Shown: positions 19,774 through 29,315, counted from the stretch's first letter. The stretch: DNA of 64,000 nucleotides from an uncultured Arcobacter sp. (GCA_965140705.1 OZ223300.1:1696001-1760000), one strand, 5' to 3'. The notes: generated by a model from the letters alone, not told the origin. Numbers and translations are program-made.

Positions 19774-20177
19774 TTTTTAATATTCTCATTTAAAATAAAT
19801 ATAAAATCTTTTTTTGTCCAAGCACCTAAATATCTATTTAATATTTTTTTATTCTTTGAGATAAAATAAAAAGTAGGAGTCATTCCTTGAAAATTTTTAT
19901 CTAATTCAAAAGGTAAAGAAGCATGGTCAATATTAACTTCTAAAAATATAAAATTATTATCTATTATATTTTTAACTTCTACTGTTGGAAAAACTTTTTC
20001 TTTCATTATTTCACAATATGGACAATCATCCCTTGAAATAAATACAAGTATCTTTTTATCTAATTTTTTTGCTTCTTTTAAAATCTTATTTTCATCATAA
20101 TTATTTTTGGATATATTTTCTGCTAATAAATTTGAAGTGAATAAAAAAATAAAAAATATCAAAAGTCTAAGTATCAT
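19770..20177 (-). CDS. Periplasmic thioredoxin-like protein (SoxW-like)
   Basis: Signal peptide, CPYC and TPTFYF cis-Pro motif; lies directly after soxB. Confidence 0.8.
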   Translation of the reverse strand: MILRLLIFFIFLFTSNLLAENISKNNYDENKILKEAKKLDKKILVFISRDDCPYCEIMKEKVFPTVEVKNIIDNNFIFLEVNIDHASLPFELDKNFQGMTPTFYFISKNKKILNRYLGAWTKKDFIFILNENIKK

Positions 20178-20190
20178 TGAACTTCCTAAT

Positions 20191-20236
20191 TTCTTAATTT
20201 AAAATAGAGTTCAATAACTCTATTTTAAATTGAGAA
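20191..20236. repeat. 21-bp-arm inverted repeat (one mismatch)
   Basis: TTCTTAATTTAAAATAGAGTT-CAAT-AACTCTATTTTAAATTGAGAA. Confidence 0.85.
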
Positions 20237-20259
20237 AAGTACAGTTAAACTGTACTTTT
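20235..20259 (-). terminator. Hairpin/terminator after soxB
   Basis: AAAAGTACAGT-TAA-ACTGTACTTTT, 7 nt past the soxB stop. Confidence 0.65.
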
Positions 20260-20266
20260 TCAACTT

Positions 20267-22036
20267 TTATGAAACAATTCCAGGATTGCCTTTTATTCCT
20301 ATGATATCTGGAGTATCAATTTTTAAGTTTTTCACATGTTTTACACTATTTAAATATGTTTCAACTGTTTCCCATACTGGTTCACCTGGTGATTTAGCAC
20401 CAACAGTTGACCAACCAGCAACTTGGTACTCTTTACCTGCTTGAAGTTTTTCACCATTTCTTGTAAGTGTAATATCTGAAATTCTATTACCCATTTGGGC
20501 TGTAGGATTGATTTTATAAGAGATTCCACCAGTTCTTACCATATCACCACCTTGTTGATAGAATGGATCTGGATTAAACAAGTTATCAGCAACATCTTCT
20601 AAAATAGCTTTAATATCTTTTCCTGTAATTCCTCTTCTATAAGTTTCTGGATAAGTCATAGCTGTTTGAGTAGCTAAATCATCAAAAGTAATTGCTTGAC
20701 CAGGCATAACAGATGTTCCCCATCTAAATCCAGGAGATAGTGCTATCTCAGCATCTTTTACATCAACTAATGCATCACAAATAATTTGATCCCAAGAACC
20801 ATTAAAATTTCCTCTTCTAAACAGAGTTTCATCAGTAGTTGCAATTTCTCTAGTTAACTCTTTTTTAAATGGAGCTCTTACTTTTTCAATATAATTTTTC
20901 ATCTCTTTATCTTCTGGAATCAAATCAGAAAAAATTGGTAATAAAGTAAATTTGAAATCTTTTATTTTTCCATTTTGAATATCTAAATCTAAGACATTTA
21001 AAAATTTACCATTACTTCCCGCATTACAAACATAAGTTGTACCCTCTTTATTTTTAACAGGAACAGCTTCAGGAACACCATCATGAGTATGTCCACCCAT
21101 AATAAAGTCAATTCCTGTACAAACTTGTGCCATCTTTTTATCTGTATCATAACCATTATGAGACAATACAATTACTGCATCTGGTTTTTCACTCTCTCTG
21201 ATTTCATTAACTAACTCTTGCATTCCATCTCTATTAATTGAAAAAGTCCAATCAGGAATAAATCTTTGTGGATTTGCAATTGTTGTATAAGGGAAAGCTT
21301 GTCCAATAATAGCAACTCTTGAACCACTAATCTCTTTAATTGTATATGGTTTAAAAGCATAACCTTTATCTTCATCATAAGCTTCTGCTGTACCATTAAA
21401 TAAAGCATCTTCTTTTACTTTTACATTTTGAGCAAGAAACTCTGCATTTAATAATTTTACATTTTCTAACACTTCTTTTGCAGTATATGTAAACTCCCAA
21501 TGTCCAACAGCAATATCAACACCAAGTAAATTCATAGCACCAACCATATCTTTACCTCTTGTTTGTAAAGCTGTCCATGAACCTTGCCAAGTATCACCAC
21601 CATCTAATAAAAGAGTCTTATCAGCTCCAAAACTATTTTTTAAAAAGTCAACAACAGTTTTCATTTGAGCAAAACCACCTGTTCTTCCCATAGCTTTTGC
21701 ATTCTTTTCAAAATTAACACATGTGTAAGCATATTCTAATCTTGGATTATCTTTTATTCCATAGTAGTCTAAAAATTTTTCACCTACTATATGTGGAGGT
21801 TTACCTAAATTATCAAAAAAACCAAGATTTACACTTGGTTCTCTAAAATATACAGGTAATAATTGTGCATGACAATCTGTCAAATGAAGAAGCCTAGTAT
21901 TACCAAATGGTTTTAACTTATAATAATCTTCTAACTTATTTGTATTTGTCATTCTTGTGTGAGAATTAGCAAATACAGGAGCAGCACCTAATACTGCCAT
22001 CATATAAACAAATTCTCTTCTACTTAACCTACTCAT
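20267..22036 (-). CDS. soxB: Thiosulfohydrolase SoxB
   Basis: Tat motif SRREF; LHLTDCHAQL, YFREPSVN, DGGDTWQGS, GGHTHD, FRRGNFNG, SPGFRWG, DPFYQQGGDM. Confidence 0.96.
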   Translation of the reverse strand: MSRLSRREFVYMMAVLGAAPVFANSHTRMTNTNKLEDYYKLKPFGNTRLLHLTDCHAQLLPVYFREPSVNLGFFDNLGKPPHIVGEKFLDYYGIKDNPRLEYAYTCVNFEKNAKAMGRTGGFAQMKTVVDFLKNSFGADKTLLLDGGDTWQGSWTALQTRGKDMVGAMNLLGVDIAVGHWEFTYTAKEVLENVKLLNAEFLAQNVKVKEDALFNGTAEAYDEDKGYAFKPYTIKEISGSRVAIIGQAFPYTTIANPQRFIPDWTFSINRDGMQELVNEIRESEKPDAVIVLSHNGYDTDKKMAQVCTGIDFIMGGHTHDGVPEAVPVKNKEGTTYVCNAGSNGKFLNVLDLDIQNGKIKDFKFTLLPIFSDLIPEDKEMKNYIEKVRAPFKKELTREIATTDETLFRRGNFNGSWDQIICDALVDVKDAEIALSPGFRWGTSVMPGQAITFDDLATQTAMTYPETYRRGITGKDIKAILEDVADNLFNPDPFYQQGGDMVRTGGISYKINPTAQMGNRISDITLTRNGEKLQAGKEYQVAGWSTVGAKSPGEPVWETVETYLNSVKHVKNLKIDTPDIIGIKGNPGIVS

Positions 22037-22060
22037 TTAACCACCCTTTATATATCTATT

Positions 22061-22702
22061 TTATTTACCATCTCCAGCTACAGTAAATCCTAAAGAGGTC
22101 CATGCTTGCATTCCACCCCTGTAGTATTTAATTTTTGAAGCTGGATAACCCATTTTCAATAATGAAAATTTTGCATTTTTTACCATTGCTGGAGTTTGTC
22201 CACACCAATATCCATTACAATATAAAGCTAAAGTTTTTGCCTTAGAAAAATCAAGTGTGCCATCATCTTTTTGCACAACACCCATCTCATCTTCCATCAT
22301 TTCTATTGCAGTATCTTTTTCATTAAAATTCGTATATGGAACATTGATAGCTCCAGGTATTCTTAATCTTACAAACCAACCTGGAGTTCTTGTATCAATA
22401 ATTGCAATACTTTTATCAGTTTGAGCTTTTTTCATATAATCAATAAGTTCTAACTCACCTAATGTCTCTACTCCTTTTGATAAAATCATTGGTTGAGGCA
22501 CCCCATTATCTGTTCTATTATAAAGTGGTGTGATTTTATTTCCAGCAGTTTGATTTCTCATTAAAGTAAATTTTTTACCATTTAAATTCATTTCAATAGA
22601 CTTAACACCTTTTGAAATAGGAACAATCTTTTCCGCAAATACCGAACTTATACACATAGTTGAAACTAGTGTAGCTATAGTTATTTTCTTTAAAACTGTC
22701 AT
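22061..22702 (-). CDS. Periplasmic rhodanese-like sulfurtransferase
   Basis: Signal peptide; IIDTR, IPGAINVP, YCNGYWCGQ, YYRGGMQAW. Confidence 0.88.
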   Translation of the reverse strand: MTVLKKITIATLVSTMCISSVFAEKIVPISKGVKSIEMNLNGKKFTLMRNQTAGNKITPLYNRTDNGVPQPMILSKGVETLGELELIDYMKKAQTDKSIAIIDTRTPGWFVRLRIPGAINVPYTNFNEKDTAIEMMEDEMGVVQKDDGTLDFSKAKTLALYCNGYWCGQTPAMVKNAKFSLLKMGYPASKIKYYRGGMQAWTSLGFTVAGDGK

Positions 22703-22737
22703 ACTAAATCCTTTATTATAATTTAAATGAGAATATT

Positions 22738-22765
22738 AAAAAAAAGTCAAGAAAAACTTGACTTT
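22738..22765 (-). terminator. Intrinsic terminator inside the sox cluster
   Basis: AAAGTCAAG-N5-CTTGACTTT followed by a T run on the minus strand. Confidence 0.7.
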
Positions 22766-22779
22766 AATTTATTTTAGAA

Positions 22780-23211
22780 TTAATATTTTAGTCCATCACC
22801 TGGAACAGCATCTCTCCAAGTTGATTTAGCTTCAACTGAATCCATTAAAGGAACAATTGCAAATCTACAAGCTCTCTCTGCTGCAAATTTTGTATCTAAT
22901 ATAGTTTTAGAAGGTTTTCCTTTAAAATCTTTAGGATTAACTTCTTTTGCACCTGTTTTTATTGCCTCTTGAACTGAAGCAATTAATGCACTATTATTAA
23001 CATCTAACCTTCTAAACTCCAAACCATTTGCTTGAGCAATAGGATTATAAGTAGCAGCTGTTTTAATAACACTTTCTATTCCACTTTTTTCAACACTACA
23101 AACTGTATTTAAATCTAATTTTGTAGCTGTTGCAATACTTGGTTGAGATGTACATCCACCTAATATTGCAGTAATACTTACTGTTGCAATCAATGTTGTT
23201 AATTTTTTCAT
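22780..23211 (-). CDS. Hypothetical lipoprotein directly after soxA
   Basis: Lipobox ILGG-C; strong GGAGG RBS at the soxA stop. Confidence 0.75.
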   Translation of the reverse strand: MKKLTTLIATVSITAILGGCTSQPSIATATKLDLNTVCSVEKSGIESVIKTAATYNPIAQANGLEFRRLDVNNSALIASVQEAIKTGAKEVNPKDFKGKPSKTILDTKFAAERACRFAIVPLMDSVEAKSTWRDAVPGDGLKY

Positions 23212-23223
23212 AGTAATTACCTC

Positions 23224-24150
23224 CTACTTTCTTACATCTGGACCATCAAATTTTATACCATTTGACATATATGACATAAAAAATATTAGATCTTTCATAT
23301 CTTTACTTACATCACTAGGAGGAACTTGTCCTTCATCTTTGATACAACCAGATAATCTTCTTTCTAAAGTTCCTACACCTTTCCATTTTAATCTATAAAC
23401 TGGGAAATGTGAAACTTGACCTAAAAATGGAGATAAGTTCTCATTTCTTACTCTTTTTCCTGAACCTCCAACATGACATTCAGCACAATTTAGTTTTAAA
23501 TAACCTCTTTGTGTATAGTAATATTCTTTACCATTTTCATATGCATCAGCAGCAGCTTGGCTATCAATTTTTACATCAATAACTTTCCCTTCATCTTGAG
23601 CAGATTGTGCCATATAAGCTTGAAGTTTAGCCATATTACCTTTTTTTGTATTCCATGCTTTTTCACCATTTGATGTTAAACATTCATTAACAGCTTGAGT
23701 AATAGTTATAACTTGATTTCTTGCATTATCAAAATATGGGTATTTTGAAAAAGAATCAGGAGTTCCAAAACATGTTGCAAATGATTTACCATTTGCAAAT
23801 GCTTTATTCCATAATGATTCACCAGTATCCACATCGAAATCATAAGGAGGCATCTCTTTTAAATCTTCATATTGAGCTTTCCCATCAATATTATATGAAT
23901 AACTACCTTTTGAGAAATCTTGAAATTTTAAACCTTTTGCGATACCATTTTCTAACTCTTCATCAGTTGCATATGGGAAAAATTCAGCTCTATTTTTTAA
24001 AGGATCTTGAAATTTAGTTTCAAAATATTTAACTAGTGCTACTCTATCTTTTTCAGCTTGTGCAGAAAAGTCTTTTGCATTTAATGTAATATTAAATGCA
24101 CTAACAGTTAAAGCTATCAAAGCTGTAGTCTTTGCAATTTTTAATAACAT
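23224..24150 (-). CDS. soxA: SoxA c-type cytochrome (monoheme form)
   Basis: Single CAECH; HFPVYRLKW...LERRLSGC active-site region; first heme site reads FATCF. Confidence 0.94.
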   Translation of the reverse strand: MLLKIAKTTALIALTVSAFNITLNAKDFSAQAEKDRVALVKYFETKFQDPLKNRAEFFPYATDEELENGIAKGLKFQDFSKGSYSYNIDGKAQYEDLKEMPPYDFDVDTGESLWNKAFANGKSFATCFGTPDSFSKYPYFDNARNQVITITQAVNECLTSNGEKAWNTKKGNMAKLQAYMAQSAQDEGKVIDVKIDSQAAADAYENGKEYYYTQRGYLKLNCAECHVGGSGKRVRNENLSPFLGQVSHFPVYRLKWKGVGTLERRLSGCIKDEGQVPPSDVSKDMKDLIFFMSYMSNGIKFDGPDVRK

Positions 24151-24190
24151 TTGTATCCCCTTATCTTTTTATATAACTAAAAAATAGTTA

Positions 24191-24490
24191 TTATTTTATC
24201 TTAACAGTTTCAGTGTCAGTATTACCTTTTAAATCAATCCACCAAAAAGTCAAATCATCCCCCGCTTTACCATGAAAAGAAAATTTTACATATGGATTTT
24301 TTGATAAAAACTGACTTGTCGATACTTCATAAACAACTTTCCCATTTGATGTAGCTTTAAAATTAGTAATAAAATTTACCTCTTTTTTTGCTTTTTTTGC
24401 TTCTACATAACTTAACATTTCATGTTTAGCCATAGCTTTTACAGTAACTATACCGTTTTTCTCTTTTGCTTTTATTCTAGTTTTAGCCAT
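24191..24490 (-). CDS. soxZ: Sulfur carrier subunit SoxZ
   Basis: KHEM, FI, LSKNPYVKF, W-D-KG; lies between soxY and soxA. Confidence 0.92.
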   Translation of the reverse strand: MAKTRIKAKEKNGIVTVKAMAKHEMLSYVEAKKAKKEVNFITNFKATSNGKVVYEVSTSQFLSKNPYVKFSFHGKAGDDLTFWWIDLKGNTDTETVKIK

Positions 24491-24550
24491 TTTAATTCCT
24501 TTTATCTATATTATATTTTTTAATTTATTATTTGTGTAGTTGGAATTAAA

Positions 24551-25003
24551 TCAACCACCACATCCACCAATAGTTACTTTTACTTCTTTAGAAGCAGAAT
24601 ATAATTTTCCACCTGCTTCTACAACAGCTGTAACAGTTCCAGTTTTAGCTAATTTTATTCTAATTGAATAATCAATAATTCCATTTTCTGGTACAGTAAA
24701 TACAGCAACTGTTGTTTCAGGATTTGCATCTTGGAAAATTGCAACTTTAGAACCAGCTAATTTTGAAGATACAGTTACAGGTATTACAGCTCCATTTTCT
24801 GCAATATCTGGAGCTTTAAGTTTAACTTTACCTTTAGTTGTTGCAGTTGTACCAAAAACCTCTTTGATACCATCTTCTAACTTAACAGCAGTCCATGCCT
24901 TAGGCATTGTTTTTCTAAAATCAACTGCACTTAATGTACTTGGTGCTAAAGAAGCTACTGCAAATGCACCTAACCCTAAACTTAAAAAATTTCTTCTATT
25001 CAT
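24551..25003 (-). CDS. soxY: Sulfur carrier protein SoxY
   Basis: Tat motif NRRNFL; APDIAENGAVIPV; C-terminal VKVTIGGCGG. Confidence 0.97.
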   Translation of the reverse strand: MNRRNFLSLGLGAFAVASLAPSTLSAVDFRKTMPKAWTAVKLEDGIKEVFGTTATTKGKVKLKAPDIAENGAVIPVTVSSKLAGSKVAIFQDANPETTVAVFTVPENGIIDYSIRIKLAKTGTVTAVVEAGGKLYSASKEVKVTIGGCGG

Positions 25004-25021
25004 TTTATTTCCTTTTAAATA

Positions 25022-25378
25022 CTAATTAATTGTTTTTAAATAAGCAACTACTGCTTTTATTTGACCATCACTTAGCCAACCAGATTTTCCAAATGCTGGC
25101 ATCGATGTATTAGTTAATCCCCTTGCACTATAAATATCAAATACTGTATCATAAAGAGTTTTGTCATCCCAATAAGCTAAACCACTTAACTTTGGTCCCA
25201 TACTACCAGGTCCATCAATTTTTTTACCATTGACAGCATGACATGCTAAACAATTTCCTAATTTCTTAGTATTAAAGATTTTTTCACCTTGCGCTACTAA
25301 ATCAGCATTAGCAAGTGCACTTGAAGCAAGTACGCCAGTAACAGCTGATGCCATTAAAAAATTTCTAATTAATTTCAT
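25022..25378 (-). CDS. soxX: SoxX c-type cytochrome
   Basis: GNCLACH, GSMGPKL, SMPAFG. Confidence 0.93.
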   Translation of the reverse strand: MKLIRNFLMASAVTGVLASSALANADLVAQGEKIFNTKKLGNCLACHAVNGKKIDGPGSMGPKLSGLAYWDDKTLYDTVFDIYSARGLTNTSMPAFGKSGWLSDGQIKAVVAYLKTIN

Positions 25379-25388
25379 CTAATCTCCT

Positions 25389-26477
25389 TTATTTACTTGA
25401 GTTAATCATGTAGTCAACAACTGCTTTAAACTCATCATCAGATAAGTCAGTGCCACCTTTTGGAGGCATTGCATTTATTCCATTGATAGCATTTTTATAA
25501 ACAGCATCCTTACCTTTTTTCATAACTGTTGCCCAAGCTTCTTTATCCCCAAACAATGGAGCACCTATTGCTTCATTCCCATGACAAGTACTACAAGAAG
25601 TCTCATAAACAGTTTGTGCAGCAGATTTTTCTTTACCTTCTTCTTTTGGTAAAGACTTTTCTGTCGAAATTGGTGGAACAAAACCTGTAATTTTTTGTTT
25701 TATATGTACAGGTTCAGGTTGTTTACAATTTGACATACATCTCTCTCCTTGCGCCAACGGAGGTCTTTGCTCTTTTAAGTCATGTCTGTCTGGACTTACT
25801 GCATAAAATCCATCCGCATTGTTCATTTTAATACCATTAAAATTATGTTTACCTAAAATAAAATCATCATCCATTTCTTTTCCACTAACTTTAATATCAT
25901 TTACAGATAATAAATAAGCAGTAAGAGCATAAACTTCGTCATTACTTAAACTCTTTGGTGCTGGAAATGGCATAGCTGTTTTTATATACCAAAACAGTGT
26001 ACTAGCATATGGCCAATAAGAACCAATAGTTTTTCTTGGAGCTTCATTTCCTGTTAAACCTAATTGATATTTTAAAGTTCCTACTCCACCTTGTAATGGA
26101 GGATAACCTTTACCCCCTACACCAAAGTCACCATGACAAACAGCACATTTAGAATCATAAAGTTCTTCACCTTCTGAAACTGAGCCCTCACCTTCTGGTA
26201 AATCTATATTATCAGGTTTTATATCAACATTCCATGCTTTTATTTCATTTGCAGTTGGAGTTCTTCCATACTTTGAAAATCCACTTTCATCTTGAGGATT
26301 CACATGATATTTAGTATATTTATTATTAACTATTGGATAAATAACTGAACCATCAACATTTCTTTTTAAAGTGCTAGAATCAGAACTTGGAGTATCTAGT
26401 TCTACACATCCTGTCAATATTACTGCAGTTGCTACGCTTAATCCTATTAATGTTTTTTTAACTTCTAACGTGAACAT
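25389..26477 (-). CDS. soxD: SoxD diheme cytochrome c (putative lipoprotein)
   Basis: LTG-C lipobox; GEGSVSEG, CAVCHG, TIGSYWPYASTL, AMPF; second heme CSTCH...AMPPKGG. Confidence 0.92.
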   Translation of the reverse strand: MFTLEVKKTLIGLSVATAVILTGCVELDTPSSDSSTLKRNVDGSVIYPIVNNKYTKYHVNPQDESGFSKYGRTPTANEIKAWNVDIKPDNIDLPEGEGSVSEGEELYDSKCAVCHGDFGVGGKGYPPLQGGVGTLKYQLGLTGNEAPRKTIGSYWPYASTLFWYIKTAMPFPAPKSLSNDEVYALTAYLLSVNDIKVSGKEMDDDFILGKHNFNGIKMNNADGFYAVSPDRHDLKEQRPPLAQGERCMSNCKQPEPVHIKQKITGFVPPISTEKSLPKEEGKEKSAAQTVYETSCSTCHGNEAIGAPLFGDKEAWATVMKKGKDAVYKNAINGINAMPPKGGTDLSDDEFKAVVDYMINSSK

Positions 26478-27780
26478 TATTAACTACTCCTTTTGATGTA
26501 ACTTCCCAACCTACAATAGGATTTCTATGATAAATTCCTTCAACTCCAACTTTTGATACTAATTTATCAATAGAAGGTTGAATATGTCCAGAGTCATCAA
26601 TTGCTCTACTTAATAAAACTTTCGGATTTCCATCCCAAGTTATAATATAAGAAAATCTAGTCCAAGACTTAGGTAATATTAATCCTTTAAAATGGGCTTC
26701 TACCCAGTTTTTACCTCCATCTAAAGAGATGTCAACAGTTTTAATTGTACCTCTTCCAGACCAAGCAACACCAGAAATTTCTACTTTATCTCCTATTTTT
26801 AAATCAGTCCAAGGAACTTCAGGACATGGAGAAGTAATAATTGAGTTTACTTCCATTGGCCAAAAATATTCGATTGCTTTTCCACTTGGTTGTAACATAG
26901 TATATTTTGAAGTCTCTTCTTTTGAGTACCAAGGTTTACTATCAAATTTAAGTCTTTTTAACCACTTAACATTTAAATTACCTTCCCAACCAGGAACTAA
27001 TAATCTTACTGGATAACCTTGTTCTGGTCTTAAAGGTTCACCATTTTGTCCCCAAACAATCATGGCATCATCTAAAACTTTTTCAATAGGAATACTTCTT
27101 GCCATTTCAGAATCATCACTTCCTTCAGCCAACATCCATTGTGCTTCAGGTTTTAAACCTAAATCCTCTAATATAACAGATAATCTTACCCCTGTCCACT
27201 CAGCACTACTCATCATACCTTTTACAAATTGTAAATTATTAAATTGTGGTCCTCTCCATCCAGTAGAACCATTTGCAGGACACTCAATAAAATATATTCT
27301 TGACTCACTTGGATATCTTTTTAATTCTTCTAAAGTTAAAACTAACGGTTTTTCAAGAAGACCATGAAGCATAAGTCTATATTTATTTGGATCAACCTGT
27401 GCAATACCACTATGACTTCTACAAAAAAATAAACCATTTGGAGTGATTATACCTTCTTGTTGATGTAATGGTGACATAGAAACAGTTGCATATCTATCAC
27501 CAGAAGATAACAAATCATGAATTCTTCTAATATTATTGTGTTCATATGGTGAAGGTAAACCATAAAGGTTCTTATCAAGCCTATCTCCTAACTTTGTTCC
27601 CCATTCTACTTGATTAACAATATTTATATCATCAGCTTTAAGTTTAACTGGAGCTAAAACATTAGCAGCAGCAACTGCACCAGCAGAATACACAGCAGTT
27701 TTTTTAAAAAAATTTCTTCTACTTAACTTATCTTCTTTAACAGTAGATTTTTTTTCTAAACTGTCAGTTTTAGTTGTCAT
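26458..27780 (-). CDS. soxC: Sulfane dehydrogenase molybdoprotein SoxC
   Basis: Tat motif SRRNFF; IITPNGL, FIECPANG, EWTGV, LRPEQGYPVRL, PGWEGN, AWSGRG. Confidence 0.96.
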   Translation of the reverse strand: MTTKTDSLEKKSTVKEDKLSRRNFFKKTAVYSAGAVAAANVLAPVKLKADDINIVNQVEWGTKLGDRLDKNLYGLPSPYEHNNIRRIHDLLSSGDRYATVSMSPLHQQEGIITPNGLFFCRSHSGIAQVDPNKYRLMLHGLLEKPLVLTLEELKRYPSESRIYFIECPANGSTGWRGPQFNNLQFVKGMMSSAEWTGVRLSVILEDLGLKPEAQWMLAEGSDDSEMARSIPIEKVLDDAMIVWGQNGEPLRPEQGYPVRLLVPGWEGNLNVKWLKRLKFDSKPWYSKEETSKYTMLQPSGKAIEYFWPMEVNSIITSPCPEVPWTDLKIGDKVEISGVAWSGRGTIKTVDISLDGGKNWVEAHFKGLILPKSWTRFSYIITWDGNPKVLLSRAIDDSGHIQPSIDKLVSKVGVEGIYHRNPIVGWEVTSKGVVNNVHVRS

Positions 27781-27975
27781 TTATACTCCTTGGAATAATT
27801 ATCAAATATAAATTATAATTATCTATAAATCTAGTTTATAAATAAAATTACTTATACTTATACTTATTATAAACAATCGTTATATAACTTTTTGTTATAT
27901 AATAACTACAATATTATTGCTCATTTTTATAGCTAAGTCAATTATTTTTAAGTATTTTTATTAAATAAATCTAAA

Positions 27976-27998
27976 TGCTATGTTAATGCTACGTTAAT
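27976..27998. promoter_or_regulatory. 11-bp-period direct repeat, copy B
   Basis: TGCTATGTTAA-TGCTACGTTAA-T in the soxC/moeA divergent region. Confidence 0.55.
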
Positions 27999-28094
27999 CT
28001 AAGATTTTGCCTTAAAATCTACCTTTTTACCTAGTCTAAAGTTACTTTTTTTCTTCATTATGTTACTATTTCCATTTAAAATTTGGAGGTATAA

Positions 28095-29315
28095 ATGAAA
28101 AATATTATAAATTATGAAGAGTCTTTAAATATATTAAATAATTTTTTTATAGAAGAAAAAATTAAGGAGAAAGTCTTTTTAACAAACTCTTTTGGAAGAA
28201 TACTCGCAAATGACGTGGTTGCAACAGAAAATTCTCCAGCTTTTGTTACATCTGGAATGGATGGTTATGCTATTAAAAGTGAAGATCAAAAATTAACTTC
28301 TTTAAGCATAATAGATAAAAATCCAGCAGGAAGTGTTATTGAAGCAAAAGTTGAAAATGGTACATGCATAAAAACATTTACTGGTTCTTTGATGCCAGAA
28401 GGTGCAGATACACTAATACCTATAGAAAATGTAGAAGTTACCGGTGAGACTATAAAAATCATTCAAGATGTGCCAAAAGGTTTTGCAGTAAGAGATATAG
28501 GAGAAAATTATAAAGAAAATGAAACCTTAATAAAAAAAGGTACACAAATAGGTTTTGCAGAAATTGGAGTAATGGCTTCACTTAATATATCACAAGTTAG
28601 TGTTTATTCTAAGGTTGTAGTAAGTATTGCAAGTACAGGAAGTGAAATATTAGACATTGGAGAAACTCAAACTAATAAATCACAAATAAGAAGTTCAAAT
28701 CATCTTACTGTTGAAGCTTTAGCTAAAAGAGCTGGTGCAAAAACTATTCAAATGGGAACAGTTAAAGATGATATGGATTCAATTACTCAAATGATGAAAA
28801 CAGCTTTAAATAATTCTGATATAGTTGTTACAACGGGTGGTGTATCAAAAGGTGATTATGACTTTGTACAAGATGTTGTAAAAGAGAAACTTGGAGCTGA
28901 AGTTTTATTCCATGGAGTAACTATTAAACCAGGAGGTCCAATATTAATAGCTAAAAAAGAGAATAAACTAATTATTTCCCTTCCAGGATTTGCATATAGT
29001 TCAACCGTATGTGCTATTTTATATCTACTTCCTATGATTTATAAGTATGAAGGTTCTAAAAAAGAACTTCCTATAGTAAAAGCGAGAATAAACCAAGACT
29101 TTCCTGTAAAAATAAAAAAGACTGTATTTACAGCTTGTAATGTAAAATATGAGAATGGTGAATATCATATTGATTTTGAGGGGAAAAAACAAGGTACTAG
29201 TGCTATATTAACAAATCTTTTGGGAAGTCCTGCTTTACTTATACAAGATAAAGATAGTAAAGATATAAAAGCTGGTGATTTAGTTGATATTTTATTATTA
29301 AATGAGTTGAAATAA
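28095..29315 (+). CDS. moeA: Molybdopterin molybdotransferase
   Basis: GRILA, SGMDGYA, TGSLMPEGAD, STGSEI, TTGGVSKGDYD, IKPG, SLPG. Confidence 0.95.
   Translation: MKNIINYEESLNILNNFFIEEKIKEKVFLTNSFGRILANDVVATENSPAFVTSGMDGYAIKSEDQKLTSLSIIDKNPAGSVIEAKVENGTCIKTFTGSLMPEGADTLIPIENVEVTGETIKIIQDVPKGFAVRDIGENYKENETLIKKGTQIGFAEIGVMASLNISQVSVYSKVVVSIASTGSEILDIGETQTNKSQIRSSNHLTVEALAKRAGAKTIQMGTVKDDMDSITQMMKTALNNSDIVVTTGGVSKGDYDFVQDVVKEKLGAEVLFHGVTIKPGGPILIAKKENKLIISLPGFAYSSTVCAILYLLPMIYKYEGSKKELPIVKARINQDFPVKIKKTVFTACNVKYENGEYHIDFEGKKQGTSAILTNLLGSPALLIQDKDSKDIKAGDLVDILLLNELK

Noticed and set aside
20267..27780. Contiguous soxCDXYZA-B cluster as a novelty
   Set aside because: The Sox pathway is well described in this group; only the accessory genes and control sites are flagged.
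27780..28095. Moco riboswitch upstream of moeA or soxC
   Set aside because: The region is too AT-rich and I found no multi-stem structure or consensus.
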